A DNA stretch of 64,000 nucleotides from Nitrospira sp. (GTDB taxonomy: Bacteria > Nitrospirota > Nitrospiria > Nitrospirales > Nitrospiraceae): NCBI GenBank assembly GCA_029194535.1, contig JARFXR010000001.1, positions 874,721 through 938,720 on the forward strand, read 5' to 3'. Below the pieces are notes generated by a model. That model saw nothing but the letters and a program-made list of their open reading frames with translations. It ran no database searches and was not told the origin of the DNA. Positions 27,407 through 38,420 of this stretch are shown here, one piece after another. A program made the translations under genes and the position numbers. Every line of letters begins with the position of its first letter. Position 1 is the stretch's first letter.

Positions 27407-29329
27407 TCAGTGCTCATGAATGGTGAAGGCCTGGCCGTCCTCCACCCATGAGACCTTCGCACGATGAAGTTTTGCGACGAGATGGAAGTAGGTGCCCTGT
27501 CCCGGTTGATCCTTTCCGGTTGAAGCATCAGAACGGTCACGGTCATCCTGAGCCGGATCGAGGAGCGACGGCGAGACGGGTGTTTTGGTTGCGATGACCT
27601 TGATCATCTCGGCGGCGCTGGCGGACCCTGCCGGAAGGCGGGCTTTCAGCTTCAGGCCTTTTTGGCGCAGATCCTCGCTGGGAAAGATGAATTGCCGTTC
27701 CGCGCGAATCAGGTTCTCCTTCGCATAGTCATTCGGAAACAGAAGACTCGCATTCTGGTCCCGGTCAATACTGTAGATATGCACATAGGCATCTTTGGTC
27801 GCGCTCACATAGACGATGCCTTCGTCTCCGTCAAGGAAGGTGCTTCGATTCATCGCGAGCGAAACCCTGAAGTCCCGATCGCCACGGTCGGTGAACGGGA
27901 GGAGGCAATCTTTCAGCTTCACCTCGTACTCGCAACTCTGGCACCGGTCCCCGTTCTCCACGCGGGATGAGATGATCTCTTCCTTAAGAATGTGCCCTTC
28001 CTGAGTCATCCTCAACAGTTGGTCGGTGAGTGCAGCCTGCCCCTTGAGATCGTTCGCCTGCATGAAGTCCACAAAACTGTTTTGTACCTTGATGCCGAGA
28101 AAGTGGCGCATGGCTTTCGCTCTCGCCTGTGAGATCGCTTGCGCCTGCGCCTGGTGCCTGGTGTTGTGTTCTCCGAACGGGACCCGCGCCGTTGAACTCA
28201 CCCAGGTACAGCCGGCCGGATCACGATCGAGAACCAGAACCTCCGAAAGGTGAGCGGAGGCGGAACCGGAATGTTTTGGTTCCAATCGGTTGACTTTCGG
28301 CCTCATGGCGTACTGAGCGGCTCCCGCGCGGGAATCCTGCTCCACGGTCGTCGCTCGGCCCGGCCGGTCGGCGAGGCCGGTCTGCTCTGCCGACTGTTTC
28401 AGATCGGAAGCCGGTTCACCGGCAAGGCGGGACACCTTGCTTCTGTGGGTGAACACAAACTCTCCCTTTTCTGCCGCCAACGACCATAACTCGGGTCTCT
28501 GCGTATGCCCTTTGAGCTGGGCAGCGGCGTAGACCCGGCTGTCCAGATAGGTATAGAGTTCGGAGGCCGGGATGATGCCGTCGTTGTTGAGATCCGCCAA
28601 ACCTTCTTCGATGCCGTTCAAGAAGTAGTGCGTGAAGACGCTGTGCCCCCATTCAGGTGACTCCAAGGCCTCCTGATCCGCGCCACCTGCTGTAATGACC
28701 TGCCGTCCCCGCTCCCTGGTGATCAGTCGGACATAGTCTTCGGTCGTTTTCGACAGGCTCGCGCTTCGAAAGGATTGTCCGGCGATGCCCCCATAACAGG
28801 AATCGACGACGAACAGGACATGCTTGGACGGCAGCGCATCGGCCAGCTCTTTGATCAGTCCCATGCTGATACTCGTTCCGGCAAAGTCATCCATCTCGCC
28901 GTCCACCGGAAGGAGGTACCCCATGACCTTTCCACCCTCAACTTTCTGCTCGACCCCATGCCCGGCATAGTAGATCAGGACACGATCCCGCGGGGACACC
29001 CGCTTGACGAGTTTACCGCCCAATTCGCTGACGATGGCGCGACGGGTGGCCTGAGCGTCGTAGAGTACGGTGGTCTGGAAGCCCTGCGTCTCGAGCGCAT
29101 GCGCCACTGCCTTGGCATCGGAAACGGCATAGCGTAGCTTCGGGGCATATTGGTATCCATCTATGCCGATGACGACGGCCCAGGCCGCGCCGGTTTGCTC
29201 CGTGACATATGCGGCCGCATCGCGGCCGTCGATCGTGATGCCGGCCTTGGCGTGGATCGGGAAGAGAAGAAAAGGAAGGACGATGCGAAGGAGGAACCCG
29301 CTCACTACCCAGGTGAACGGCCGAAGCAT
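27407..29329 (-). CDS. Secreted caspase-like (C14) protein with an LPP20/FlgT-N-like middle domain and C-terminal DUF4384-like domain
   Basis: Signal peptide; AVVIGIDGY, YYAGHG, VVDSCYGG, HSVFT; C-terminal F.DGD....YV...KDAYVHIY.ID....SLLFPN..EMIKVIAT. Confidence 0.85.
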   Translation of the reverse strand: MLRPFTWVVSGFLLRIVLPFLLFPIHAKAGITIDGRDAAAYVTEQTGAAWAVVIGIDGYQYAPKLRYAVSDAKAVAHALETQGFQTTVLYDAQATRRAIVSELGGKLVKRVSPRDRVLIYYAGHGVEQKVEGGKVMGYLLPVDGEMDDFAGTSISMGLIKELADALPSKHVLFVVDSCYGGIAGQSFRSASLSKTTEDYVRLITRERGRQVITAGGADQEALESPEWGHSVFTHYFLNGIEEGLADLNNDGIIPASELYTYLDSRVYAAAQLKGHTQRPELWSLAAEKGEFVFTHRSKVSRLAGEPASDLKQSAEQTGLADRPGRATTVEQDSRAGAAQYAMRPKVNRLEPKHSGSASAHLSEVLVLDRDPAGCTWVSSTARVPFGEHNTRHQAQAQAISQARAKAMRHFLGIKVQNSFVDFMQANDLKGQAALTDQLLRMTQEGHILKEEIISSRVENGDRCQSCEYEVKLKDCLLPFTDRGDRDFRVSLAMNRSTFLDGDEGIVYVSATKDAYVHIYSIDRDQNASLLFPNDYAKENLIRAERQFIFPSEDLRQKGLKLKARLPAGSASAAEMIKVIATKTPVSPSLLDPAQDDRDRSDASTGKDQPGQGTYFHLVAKLHRAKVSWVEDGQAFTIHEH

Positions 29330-29589
29330 GGATTCACTCCTTGTGCCGGCCGGTTCCACGAGCATCCTTCGAGAATCGCCGGCAGAGGGTGGTTATGCAA
29401 ACCATTCGGACGCCCTTTCTGTGGCGGGCAAAGGGTACGCGCCGACCAGTCGAACTGTCAAGATTAAGTAGAGACATCACCTCCAGCGCCGCCGGACTAT
29501 TGGACTACTCGTTCGGCGGTGCGTATCGTAGGCCTGGTCGGGAGGACAGCGGATGGAAGCGTCGGGTACAGGAGAGAGGAGCGGCCACG

Positions 29590-29955
29590 ATGAATACCAC
29601 ACATGTCGGTATAGCCTATGCCGAGGTGTTTGCAGCCATGATGCTTCTTGCCGGTTGTGCCGGTGAGATCACCGATACGTCCGCCGCATCGGGCCAACCG
29701 GTCAGCCCGTGGTTGGTCTCACAAGATCAAGCTCGTCAGTTGACGGCGCAATACCGGAAGCAGGCTGCAGATCTTCGCTGTCTGGCCGATCGTATCGAGT
29801 GGGAGGCTCAGTGGTACGAGGCCCGATTCGGTGTGAACGATCAAGAGGCGACTCGGCGACGGGTCCAGGCCCGCCAACTTTGGGCCGAGGTGGAGCAGGC
29901 AGAACAGCTGGCCATCGACTACCGTCGCCAGGTCCCGCACGGGCAGATTCAATAA
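29590..29955 (+). CDS. Small helical lipoprotein
   Basis: GAGGAG RBS; lipobox LAGC; amphipathic helical body. Confidence 0.75.
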   Translation: MNTTHVGIAYAEVFAAMMLLAGCAGEITDTSAASGQPVSPWLVSQDQARQLTAQYRKQAADLRCLADRIEWEAQWYEARFGVNDQEATRRRVQARQLWAEVEQAEQLAIDYRRQVPHGQIQ

Positions 29956-30230
29956 CCAGAATCTGACGGTGCGGGGAGGAAGCAGCGATCGTTGATCAGA
30001 GCGGATCGTGCCGCGCTTGCCGGCGGAGTATTGTCGGTGTTCGCATGGGCCATGACCGGGCGGCGGAGACCGCCAAGGGGGGAGGCCGTCGACTTTCTCC
30101 GGTCGCTGAACGCCGAAGGCCGGCCGCGCGTCAAGGCGCCGAAGACGTTCCCTTGGTGGCCGACCGCATTTCGTCGGAAGGTCGAGGTCTCTCCGCGCGG
30201 TGGCCGTACGCTGAGGTCTCCGCGCGATCA

Positions 30231-30262
30231 CAGTCCCGCGGCAATTCCGCGGGACTGGTTTT
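30231..30262 (+). terminator. Putative intrinsic terminator
   Basis: 11-bp stem CAGTCCCGCGG/CCGCGGGACTG followed by GTTTT. Confidence 0.55.
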
Positions 30263-30335
30263 CTGTCCGGCGCCCTGTTAGCCTGCAGCCGTCCGGCTAT
30301 CGGTCTCCGATAGGGCGGCCGGCCGCAGGAGTCCT

Positions 30336-33008
30336 ATGGCTCGTTCACGCTCCCCGTCGCCTTCCGCGCAACTCGCCGAGCAGCAGCGTCTTGTCCAAGA
30401 CGCGCAACGCTTGGCTCATTGGAAGCGGTGGGGGCCCTACCTGAGCGAACGAGCGTGGGGAACCGTCCGGGAAGACTACAGCGCCGCCGGCACTCCATGG
30501 GAATCCTTCCCGCACGACCACGCCAGATCCCGCGCCTACCGCTGGAACGAGGACGGTCTCGCCGGCATCTGCGATCGACACCAGTACCTTTGCTTCGCTC
30601 TCGCTCTTTGGAACGGCCGCGATCCCATTTTGAAGGAGCGGCTGTTCGGTCTGAGCGGGCATGAGGGCAATCACGGCGAGGACGTGAAGGAATATTACTT
30701 CTACCTCGATTCGACGCCGACGCATTCCTACATGAAATTTCTGTACAAGTACCCTCAGGCCCCGTTTCCCTACGAGCGGCTCGTCGAGGAGAATCGCCGG
30801 CGCGGGCGCCGGGACCCTGAGTTCGAGCTGGTCGATACGGGCGTCTTCGACGGCCGACGCTACTTCGACGTCTTCGTCGAATATGCCAAGGCGGCGCCGG
30901 AGGACCTCTGTATCCGCATTCAGGTCGTGAATCGAGGGCCGGACCCGGCGGAGCTGACGGTGTTACCCACGCTCTGGTACCGCAACACCTGGTCCTGGGG
31001 ATCGGACGTGCGGCGTCCTCGTCTGACTCAGGCGGAGGGGAACGATCGCCTGAGCGCTATCGAAACGAACCACGACTACTATGGCCTTCGCAGGCTCCTT
31101 TGCGACAATCGCCCGTCGCTGCTGTTCGCGGAAAACGAGACCAACAGTCGCCTTCTCTTTGCGGATCAAGAGGGCGCGCGCTACGCCAAGGATAGTTTCC
31201 ATGATTATATCGTGCGGGGCGACAAGGATGCCGTCAATCCCGACCGGATCGGCAGCAAAGCCGCCGCGCATTACATCCTCACACTCGGGCCCGGCGCGAC
31301 CCACACCATCCGACTACGCTTCACGAACGAAGCGCGGATAGTCGAATTTTCCGAGCGAACCTTCGAGGCGGTCTTTCTGCAGCGTGTCGGGGAAGCGAAT
31401 GAATTCTACGAGAGCCTTGCCCCCGCCGGTCTTTCGGAGGACGCCCGGCGCGTGCAACGGCAGGCCTTTGCCGGGATGCTGTGGAACAAGCAATTTTATC
31501 ACTACGAAGTGAAACGCTGGCTGAAGGGCGATCCGGTTGGTCCTGAGCCGCCGAAAGAGCGGCTTCACGGCCGCAACTCGGAGTGGACGCATCTGTATAA
31601 CGCCGATGTCGTCTCCATGCCGGATAAATGGGAGTATCCCTGGTATGCGGCGTGGGATTCGGCGTTCCACTGTATCCCGCTTGCGCTCGTCGATCCGGCG
31701 TTTGCGAAAGAGCAACTCGTCCTGATGCTGCGCGAGTGGTACATGCATCCGAACGGGCAGATCCCCGCGTATGAATGGGCGCTGGGAGACGCGAATCCCC
31801 CGGTGCATGCCTGGGCGACCTGGCGCGTCTACAAGATCGACAAGAAGCGGACGGGGGTCGGCGACCGCCGGTTCCTGGAGCGGGTGTTTCACAAGCTGCT
31901 GCTGAACTTTACCTGGTGGGTCAACCGCAAGGACACCGAAGGCAAGAACATCTTCCAAGGCGGATTCCTGGGGCTCGACAACATCGGGGTGTTCGACCGA
32001 AGCGCGCCGGTTCCGACCGGCGGCCACATCGAACAATCCGATGCGACGAGTTGGATGGGCATGTACTGTCTGAACATGCTGGCGATCGCGCTGGAACTGG
32101 CGAGAGACAACGTCGCGTATGAAGACGTCGCCAGCAAGTTTTTCGAGCACTTCGTCTACATCTGCCGCGCGATGAACAACATCGGCGGAGCGAACATCGA
32201 GTTGTGGGACCGCGAGGACGGATTCTTCTACGACGTGCTTCACCTGCCGAACGGCGAAACGCGCCATTTGAAAGTACGCTCGATGGTGGGCCTCATCCCC
32301 CTCTTCGCGGTGGAGACATTGGATTCCGAACTGGTCGACCGGCTTCCGCGGTTCAAACATCGCATGCAGTGGTTTATCGAGAATCGTCCTGAGTTTGCCC
32401 AGCATGTCGAGACGCAAACGTACGACGGAGGCGTGCGACGGTTTCTCTCGCTCGTCCACCGGAAACGCCTGAGATCGGTGCTGCGCTACATGCTCGATGA
32501 GCAGGAGTTTCTATCCCCGTACGGCATCCGCGCCTTGTCCCGCTATCACAAGGACCATCCTTATATCCTCTCCGTGATGGGCCACGAGCATCGCGTGGAC
32601 TATGAGCCGGCCGAATCGAGCACCGACCTGTTCGGGGGCAACTCCAACTGGCGAGGGCCGGTCTGGTTCCCGGTGAACTATCTGCTGATCGAGTCGTTGC
32701 AAAAGTTTCATTACTATCTGGGCGATCAGTTCAAGGTGGAATATCCGACCGGGTCCGGCAACCAGGCGACTCTGTGGCAGATCGCCGGCGAACTGTCGCG
32801 CCGCTTGACCCATCTCTTTCTGAAGGACCGGGCGGGCAGGCGTCCGGTGTTAGGGATGATGAATGTGTTTCAGGAGGATCCCTTCTGGCAGGACCACGTC
32901 TTATTTCATGAATATTTCCATGGCGACAATGGGGCCGGGCTTGGAGCCAGTCACCAGACCGGATGGACGGGGCTTGTCGCGAAGCTGATTCAGCAGTCGG
33001 GGGAATAG
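30336..33008 (+). CDS. Glycoside hydrolase family 63 / MGH1-like glucosidase
   Basis: [68 protein letters not shown]. Confidence 0.9.
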   Translation: MARSRSPSPSAQLAEQQRLVQDAQRLAHWKRWGPYLSERAWGTVREDYSAAGTPWESFPHDHARSRAYRWNEDGLAGICDRHQYLCFALALWNGRDPILKERLFGLSGHEGNHGEDVKEYYFYLDSTPTHSYMKFLYKYPQAPFPYERLVEENRRRGRRDPEFELVDTGVFDGRRYFDVFVEYAKAAPEDLCIRIQVVNRGPDPAELTVLPTLWYRNTWSWGSDVRRPRLTQAEGNDRLSAIETNHDYYGLRRLLCDNRPSLLFAENETNSRLLFADQEGARYAKDSFHDYIVRGDKDAVNPDRIGSKAAAHYILTLGPGATHTIRLRFTNEARIVEFSERTFEAVFLQRVGEANEFYESLAPAGLSEDARRVQRQAFAGMLWNKQFYHYEVKRWLKGDPVGPEPPKERLHGRNSEWTHLYNADVVSMPDKWEYPWYAAWDSAFHCIPLALVDPAFAKEQLVLMLREWYMHPNGQIPAYEWALGDANPPVHAWATWRVYKIDKKRTGVGDRRFLERVFHKLLLNFTWWVNRKDTEGKNIFQGGFLGLDNIGVFDRSAPVPTGGHIEQSDATSWMGMYCLNMLAIALELARDNVAYEDVASKFFEHFVYICRAMNNIGGANIELWDREDGFFYDVLHLPNGETRHLKVRSMVGLIPLFAVETLDSELVDRLPRFKHRMQWFIENRPEFAQHVETQTYDGGVRRFLSLVHRKRLRSVLRYMLDEQEFLSPYGIRALSRYHKDHPYILSVMGHEHRVDYEPAESSTDLFGGNSNWRGPVWFPVNYLLIESLQKFHYYLGDQFKVEYPTGSGNQATLWQIAGELSRRLTHLFLKDRAGRRPVLGMMNVFQEDPFWQDHVLFHEYFHGDNGAGLGASHQTGWTGLVAKLIQQSGE

Positions 33009-33037
33009 CACAACGTAGCGTGATCTGCCTACGGGAT

Positions 33038-33216
33038 GGTAATGGGTCAGTTTCCTCTTGCGTCATGCCCACCCCCGATCGCAGTCGAGGGCAGGCTTCG
33101 GCGAGCATCCATGCCTCGATCAAGCCTAACTGCTGAAGAGAAGGCCTTGACTGGATTCCCGCTTCCGCGGGAATGACAGACTTCAGTGCGTCTGGATGGC
33201 AAACTGACCCACTACC
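33038..33216. mobile_element. MITE family A (179 bp) with 8-bp target-site duplication
   Basis: Inverted repeats GGTAATGGGTCAGTTT / AAACTGACCCACTACC; TACGGGAT at 33030-33037 and 33217-33224. Confidence 0.92.
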
Positions 33217-33366
33217 TACGGGATTCCTCGCTTTACTTTTTGCCGTCCGCGCGCTACCCTTCAACCCCAATTCCATCATTCTCTGCAATCATCCACTTGC
33301 GTGTCGTCCCAGAGCGAATTGAACGGGTCAGGAGATCCCGCGACTAATCTTGGGAAGGAGCTTGCC

Positions 33367-34176
33367 ATGTCACGTCTCTTCTTCATCGTCATGGTCCTCG
33401 TCAGTCTGATCGGCGTATCGCCGGCCAACGCGGCCCAAATGAGCCGTCCTCAGGCGGAATATTCGGCCGATGAGACGATTCAGAATGAGGAGGGCACGAT
33501 CCGGCAACGAGTCTACGTGACGCCGACCAAGGAGCGTAAGGAACTTCTGACCGGCGCCGGCGAGGGAGCGGTTCAGATCTTCCGGTACGACACCAGGGTG
33601 ATGTGGCAAGTCATGCCCTCGGAAAAAATGTACATGGAACATTCAATCTCAGGCGGCCGGGGACAGGGGAATGATCCGTCCCAATGGACGTATGAAGATA
33701 CGGCGATGGGCGAGGAGACGCTGAGCGGCGTGAGGGTGACAAAGTACAAGACGATTGCGACGAGCACGGACGGCAAAAAGTACGGGGGTTTTTCCTGGCG
33801 GACGAGCGAGGGAATTTCCATCAAACAGGATCTCCTCTACAAGGAAGGTAAGGAAACGAAGCGGATGTTCACCGAGCTCACGAACGTCCAGATCGGCAGG
33901 CAGGATCCGAAGCTCTTCGAGATCCCGGAAGGGTTCACGAAATTCGATATGGGCGGCATGATGGGTATGAGCGGCATGGGACGCCAGGAGATGGGACAGT
34001 CGATGGGTCGGCCGGATATGAGCGGGACGCCGCCACCGAGCACTCGAAGACCGGGCAGCAGGCCCGAGGTTGTGACACCGCAAGAGACTCAGCCGGCTCC
34101 TGAACCCGAAGCGCCGGCCGAGGAGTCGACCGCTGATAAGGCAGGCAATTTCATGAAGGGCCTGTTCGGTCGCTAG
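33367..34176 (+). CDS. Secreted DUF4412-like protein with Met/Gly- and Pro-rich tail
   Basis: GGAAGGAG RBS; signal peptide; GEETLSGVRVTKY and QDPKLFEIPEGF motifs. Confidence 0.7.
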   Translation: MSRLFFIVMVLVSLIGVSPANAAQMSRPQAEYSADETIQNEEGTIRQRVYVTPTKERKELLTGAGEGAVQIFRYDTRVMWQVMPSEKMYMEHSISGGRGQGNDPSQWTYEDTAMGEETLSGVRVTKYKTIATSTDGKKYGGFSWRTSEGISIKQDLLYKEGKETKRMFTELTNVQIGRQDPKLFEIPEGFTKFDMGGMMGMSGMGRQEMGQSMGRPDMSGTPPPSTRRPGSRPEVVTPQETQPAPEPEAPAEESTADKAGNFMKGLFGR

Positions 34177-34304
34177 CGTCCTGTCCCAGAAATTCGTTTG
34201 TGGTAAGCCTGTCCAACCATGAACGGAATTCAGTGCGAACCCTTCGACGGGTTCTGGGAGAACGGGTATGAACGCAATTTGTAGGACGCTATACTAGGCG
34301 CGGC

Positions 34305-35153
34305 ATGGACGGTTCGCTGCGCAGCCACCGGCGGATCGTGGCCCTCTCGCTGACGATCTTGTCGGTCTTGCCGAACAATCTTGTTGCGGCGGATCAGCCG
34401 TTCGCCATTCCGGATCGGCCGGTTATTAAGGCGGCGGCAGTCTACCTGATCGAACTTCAATCCGACCGGGTCCTGCTGGAAAAGAATGCGACCCGCCGGC
34501 TGCCGCCCGCCAGCCTCACCAAGATCATGACGGCGCTGGTCGCCTTGGAGTCTGCGCCGCTTCAACAAATCGTCAAGATCGATCGTCGCGCGCTGGTACA
34601 TCATTCGGCCTACAACTTTCGGCCCGGCGAAGAATTCCTCTTGCGAGATCTGATCACGGCCATGCTGGTGGCGAGCGCCAATGATGCCTGCGAAGCGGTT
34701 GCTTGGCATATCGGGAGGGATGACAAGCGGTTTGTCGCCATGATGAACGAGCGGGCCGACAAACTGGGATTGACAAACACCCATTTTGCCAACCCCTGCG
34801 GTTTCGACGCCCCTGGGCACTATTCGACGGCCGCCGACCTCGCGAAATTGACCGAGGAGGCGCTGCAGCAGCCGTTCTTCTCCATGATGGTTCGAACGCT
34901 CATGCGGGACATCTCTACAGTGGACGGCACCAGGACAATTGTGTTGCGCAGCACGAACGAGCTGTTAGTCGATCCGGACGTGAACGGGGTGAAGACCGGC
35001 TACACGAGCAAAGCGGGCCGCTGTCTTATCGCCAGCATGTTCAAGGACGGGCGCCGCTTGCTGCTTGTGGCCTTGAATCTCGCGGATCGATGGGAACAGG
35101 CTTCCCGGCTGCTTCGCTATGGTCACGCTGTCCTGGGGGGAGCGAGCGGGTGA
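34305..35153 (+). CDS. D-alanyl-D-alanine carboxypeptidase (peptidase S11)
   Basis: PASLTK (SxxK), SAND (SxN), F.NP.G.D..GHYSTA.DLA, VKTGYT..AG.CL. Confidence 0.92.
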   Translation: MDGSLRSHRRIVALSLTILSVLPNNLVAADQPFAIPDRPVIKAAAVYLIELQSDRVLLEKNATRRLPPASLTKIMTALVALESAPLQQIVKIDRRALVHHSAYNFRPGEEFLLRDLITAMLVASANDACEAVAWHIGRDDKRFVAMMNERADKLGLTNTHFANPCGFDAPGHYSTAADLAKLTEEALQQPFFSMMVRTLMRDISTVDGTRTIVLRSTNELLVDPDVNGVKTGYTSKAGRCLIASMFKDGRRLLLVALNLADRWEQASRLLRYGHAVLGGASG

Positions 35154-35241
35154 CGCACATGCCTATGGGCAGCCGCCTTTTCGTTTGGTGGCCGTCCCCT
35201 TCGAAGCCAGGGACAAGCGTCGGCTGCGCCGGAACCTGTCC

Positions 35242-36651
35242 CTATTGCCGCCCGACGTGGTGAAGATAGGCATCGCGAAGGTTCTGTTGCGCGATGAGGA
35301 AATCGGGATCGAGCCTGGCCGCCTTGCGAAATTCCTCGATGGCACGGTCCCAGTCGTCTCGAAGCGCATAGGCATAGCCGAGGTTATTGTGCGGTCTCGC
35401 TTTGTTGGGAGATTTCGCAACCGCGTCGGACCAGAGCAAGAGCCGGTCATGATAGAGCAGGTTGCGCTGGTAGGTGAGGAGGCCGAGACTGGCGATCATG
35501 GCTGTGGCGAGAATGGACGAGCCGACCCGAACGAGCGCCGGTCGCTCCATGGTCAACTGAATTCGGTGAATCAAGTACGAAACAAGCGCGACGCCGGCGA
35601 GCAGAAGGCCAATCGCGGGCAGGTAGAGATTGCGTTCGCTCAAGAGATCATTGCGCGGGATCAGGCTCGTCGGCAGGAACTGGACAAGAAACCACGCCAC
35701 GCCGAAGGTCGCCAGTGGGACTTGTCGCCGGGCGACGAATGCGCCGGCTGCCATGGCTGAGAGGAAAAGCAGATCGAGTGGCAGCGGCCATTGGGTGAGC
35801 GAACGGAATAGCGGGAGATCGTGATCGAAGTTTTGGTTCCAGGGGGTGAAGCATAACGCGATGGCATAGGCGGCGGTATGAACTTGGCTGAACACATGGT
35901 CTCGGAAGGGGCGGATGTCGAAACTGAATTGTGCAAGGGCGGCGTAGCGCGGGTGGCTCCAAGCCCATCCGGCAGCAAGGAGAAGCACGATCCAGAACGG
36001 TGAGTGGGAGGAGAGGAGTGCCGTGCGGAGCTGGGGACCTCTCAGCCGGCGGATCGAAATGTCCCAGAGCAGCAGCACGACCGGAAGCGTCACCGCTGTT
36101 TCCTTGGATCCGATCGCCAAGACAAATGACGCGACCGAGACTGACAGGTAGAGCCCGTGCGGTTTTCTAGGTCGGGTCTCTTGCGGCGCGGTGATGTAGA
36201 GGAAGAGGGCCAAGAGATAGAAGAAGGCCATGAGGCTCGACGCGCGCCCGGAAATATACGTGACGGATTCGGTAGCAATCGGGTGGAGCAGAAAAAGCAG
36301 CGCGGTCCAGAACGGGACGGAAGAGTGTTCATCCGTTATCGCGCTGCTGAGAATGCGATAGATCAGAAGCCCTGAACCAAGGTGCAGCAGGAGATTCAGT
36401 AGATGGTAGCCGATGGGATTCCCTCCGTAGAGGGAGCGATCGAACAGAAACGTCGCGTACAACACAGGCCTAACCATGTGATCAAGGTGGCCCATGAAGG
36501 TCTGCCAGCTGTCGAGATGGGAGTTTTGGAGAATCGAGAGGGAATCGTCGTAATGAAACCCGCCGCGGAATGCTCCAGCATAGGTTGTCGCTGCCGCAGC
36601 GCAGAGCGTGATGAGCGGCAGAAACGTGCGGAGATTCGTAACCACGAGCAA
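35242..36651 (-). CDS. TMTC-like GT-C glycosyltransferase with C-terminal TPR
   Basis: FHYDD, RP, YHLLNLLLH, LFLLHP..TESV.YI.GR, SKE, ER.LYLP, LW.D...K.P...R.HNNLG; multiple TM helices. TTG start. Confidence 0.85.
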   Translation of the reverse strand: MLVVTNLRTFLPLITLCAAAATTYAGAFRGGFHYDDSLSILQNSHLDSWQTFMGHLDHMVRPVLYATFLFDRSLYGGNPIGYHLLNLLLHLGSGLLIYRILSSAITDEHSSVPFWTALLFLLHPIATESVTYISGRASSLMAFFYLLALFLYITAPQETRPRKPHGLYLSVSVASFVLAIGSKETAVTLPVVLLLWDISIRRLRGPQLRTALLSSHSPFWIVLLLAAGWAWSHPRYAALAQFSFDIRPFRDHVFSQVHTAAYAIALCFTPWNQNFDHDLPLFRSLTQWPLPLDLLFLSAMAAGAFVARRQVPLATFGVAWFLVQFLPTSLIPRNDLLSERNLYLPAIGLLLAGVALVSYLIHRIQLTMERPALVRVGSSILATAMIASLGLLTYQRNLLYHDRLLLWSDAVAKSPNKARPHNNLGYAYALRDDWDRAIEEFRKAARLDPDFLIAQQNLRDAYLHHVGRQ

Positions 36652-36690
36652 CCTTATACTGCATCACGTTGACTGAGTATAGGAGGAACT

Positions 36691-37092
36691 ATGGCAAGTT
36701 TGCGGATGCTTCTCTCTGCGGTCTCACTGTCCATCAACATGCTCTTATGGCCTCCAGCGAGTCCAGCGGCGCCGAAATCATGCGCGGAACTCATGAAGGA
36801 GTTCTACGAGCAAGTGGCAAGGGCAGACTTCCATGACTACCTACAGAAAGAAATGGGAAAGGACTTCAGGACGGCTCAGGAATACATCAAGGAGAAACTG
36901 CCGGCATTGAAAGCGGCCTGCCCGACGGAAGCGAACAGCATTAGAGATATCGAGAATGGGAATTATCTCAAGAAGCTGGCGGCGAAACGTGAGAGAGATA
37001 AAAAGGCACATCGCCACATTAAGAGCGGTGCAGGAGTCACCGGCGAGGTCGCTCAAGATACTGACGGGGAAGACTTTGAAATCCAGCGGTAG
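36691..37092 (+). CDS. Secreted hypothetical protein (Cys pair, low GC)
   Basis: AGGAGG RBS; signal peptide. Confidence 0.65.
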   Translation: MASLRMLLSAVSLSINMLLWPPASPAAPKSCAELMKEFYEQVARADFHDYLQKEMGKDFRTAQEYIKEKLPALKAACPTEANSIRDIENGNYLKKLAAKRERDKKAHRHIKSGAGVTGEVAQDTDGEDFEIQR

Positions 37093-37149
37093 ATGATGTG
37101 AGGCGAGATAGTACAGGTCTTGTAGCTGGACGAGTAGATTGTAAGGAGG

Positions 37150-38394
37150 ATGCGTATGAGGCCAGGTCAAGCCCGTTCCGTCATCATGACAGGTTTAGTC
37201 ATAGCACTCGGGATCCCTTCGCACTCTCCCCCGCTTTGGGCGGCATCGCCACCGGCTGCGGGCCAGCAGCCAGCGACGGCTGCCGCATCGGCTGATGACC
37301 CAGAAGATCGAACAGTGGCGAGCTATCTACGGGACTGTGGAAGCAAGGCGCCGAAGAATGCCAGTTGCGACAAACTGGGGAACGATTTCGTCGCGATCTT
37401 GAAGGAAGATTTGTGGACGTTGGGTTCCACCGCTGATCGCAAGTACATCCCTGATATTGTTCGATTTTTTCGAAAGAGACCTGAGGTTGAGTTGCGCATT
37501 GCCGCCGCAGATGCGATCGGCATGATCGGACCGCAAGACAGCGATGTCGATAAACTCGCGCCTTTCACCAACGATCCGGTGCCGGATGTGAGACATGCGG
37601 TGTCCAACATGCTCACCCAAGGGAAGGGGAAAGCCATCAGCTTACTGAAACAGCGGACCGTGCCGCTGCGTAATGGCCGAGCCGTTGAAAAGCGTGAAGA
37701 TGCCGCGAAGTTTTCCATGCCGGTGGCGCCGGACAGCGTGTATCTTTTCGACTCCAGCGATGCGACGAAGGGTCGTCTCTCCTATGTGACAAGAGGTAAA
37801 AGCGACCCTGCTCAATTCTACAAATCCAAGGCGAAAAAGGGTCCGTATCAATGGGACCAATTCAAAGAGCAGTACCGTTACCAGTTGCAAGATGAGGAAG
37901 AAGCGCTCAATCAGGTGCAGCAGGCCGCGGCAAAGCAGCTGGAGAACGAGAAGCCTCCCGATCCTGCCAATATGCAAGCTTTTCTCGAGTACACACAACG
38001 AATGCAATCGGTGTCGATGCAAGGAAGTACGGGGAGGATGTATTTTGACTCCTACCAGGCGAATCTCTACGGCACCCCGACTGTGTATGTCTTAGAGGAA
38101 CGGCAGATCGGCCAGCGCAGCTATCCGACAAGGTATGTCGTGGTCTACCAGGAGTTGGCGTTCAAGCGGCCGGGCTATCGATTGGCCTGGACGACGGTAC
38201 CGGACAGCGCGCTGAAAGCCGCTCAGGCCACCTCGCTTGCCGAGGAAAAAGAAGAATTGGCCAACAAGGCCGAAAGTGAGGCCCTGAAGAAAAAGGCGGC
38301 CGAGTTCGAAGCGTTGACCAAAAAGAAAGACGCGGCTGAAAAGAAGCAGTTCAAGAAAGGGCAAGAAGATCTGGAGAAGGCGCTCGGTTTCTGA
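37150..38394 (+). CDS. Secreted HEAT-repeat-containing protein
   Basis: AAGGAGG RBS; signal peptide; ELRIAAADAIGMIG and DPVPDVRHAV HEAT-like repeats; charged C-terminal coil. Confidence 0.75.
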   Translation: MRMRPGQARSVIMTGLVIALGIPSHSPPLWAASPPAAGQQPATAAASADDPEDRTVASYLRDCGSKAPKNASCDKLGNDFVAILKEDLWTLGSTADRKYIPDIVRFFRKRPEVELRIAAADAIGMIGPQDSDVDKLAPFTNDPVPDVRHAVSNMLTQGKGKAISLLKQRTVPLRNGRAVEKREDAAKFSMPVAPDSVYLFDSSDATKGRLSYVTRGKSDPAQFYKSKAKKGPYQWDQFKEQYRYQLQDEEEALNQVQQAAAKQLENEKPPDPANMQAFLEYTQRMQSVSMQGSTGRMYFDSYQANLYGTPTVYVLEERQIGQRSYPTRYVVVYQELAFKRPGYRLAWTTVPDSALKAAQATSLAEEKEELANKAESEALKKKAAEFEALTKKKDAAEKKQFKKGQEDLEKALGF

Positions 38395-38420
38395 GCTGAC
38401 TCGATTTCATGAGGTATAGC

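Noticed and set aside
9855-29329. Gasdermin/CHAT/NLR-type anti-phage cell-death system
   Set aside because: No gasdermin, STAND NTPase, TIR or CARD-like ORF is recognisable, and all three proteases have export signals.
33902-34030. Met/Gly-rich stretch as a copper-binding motif
   Set aside because: Low-complexity linker with no supporting copper-homeostasis genes adjacent.
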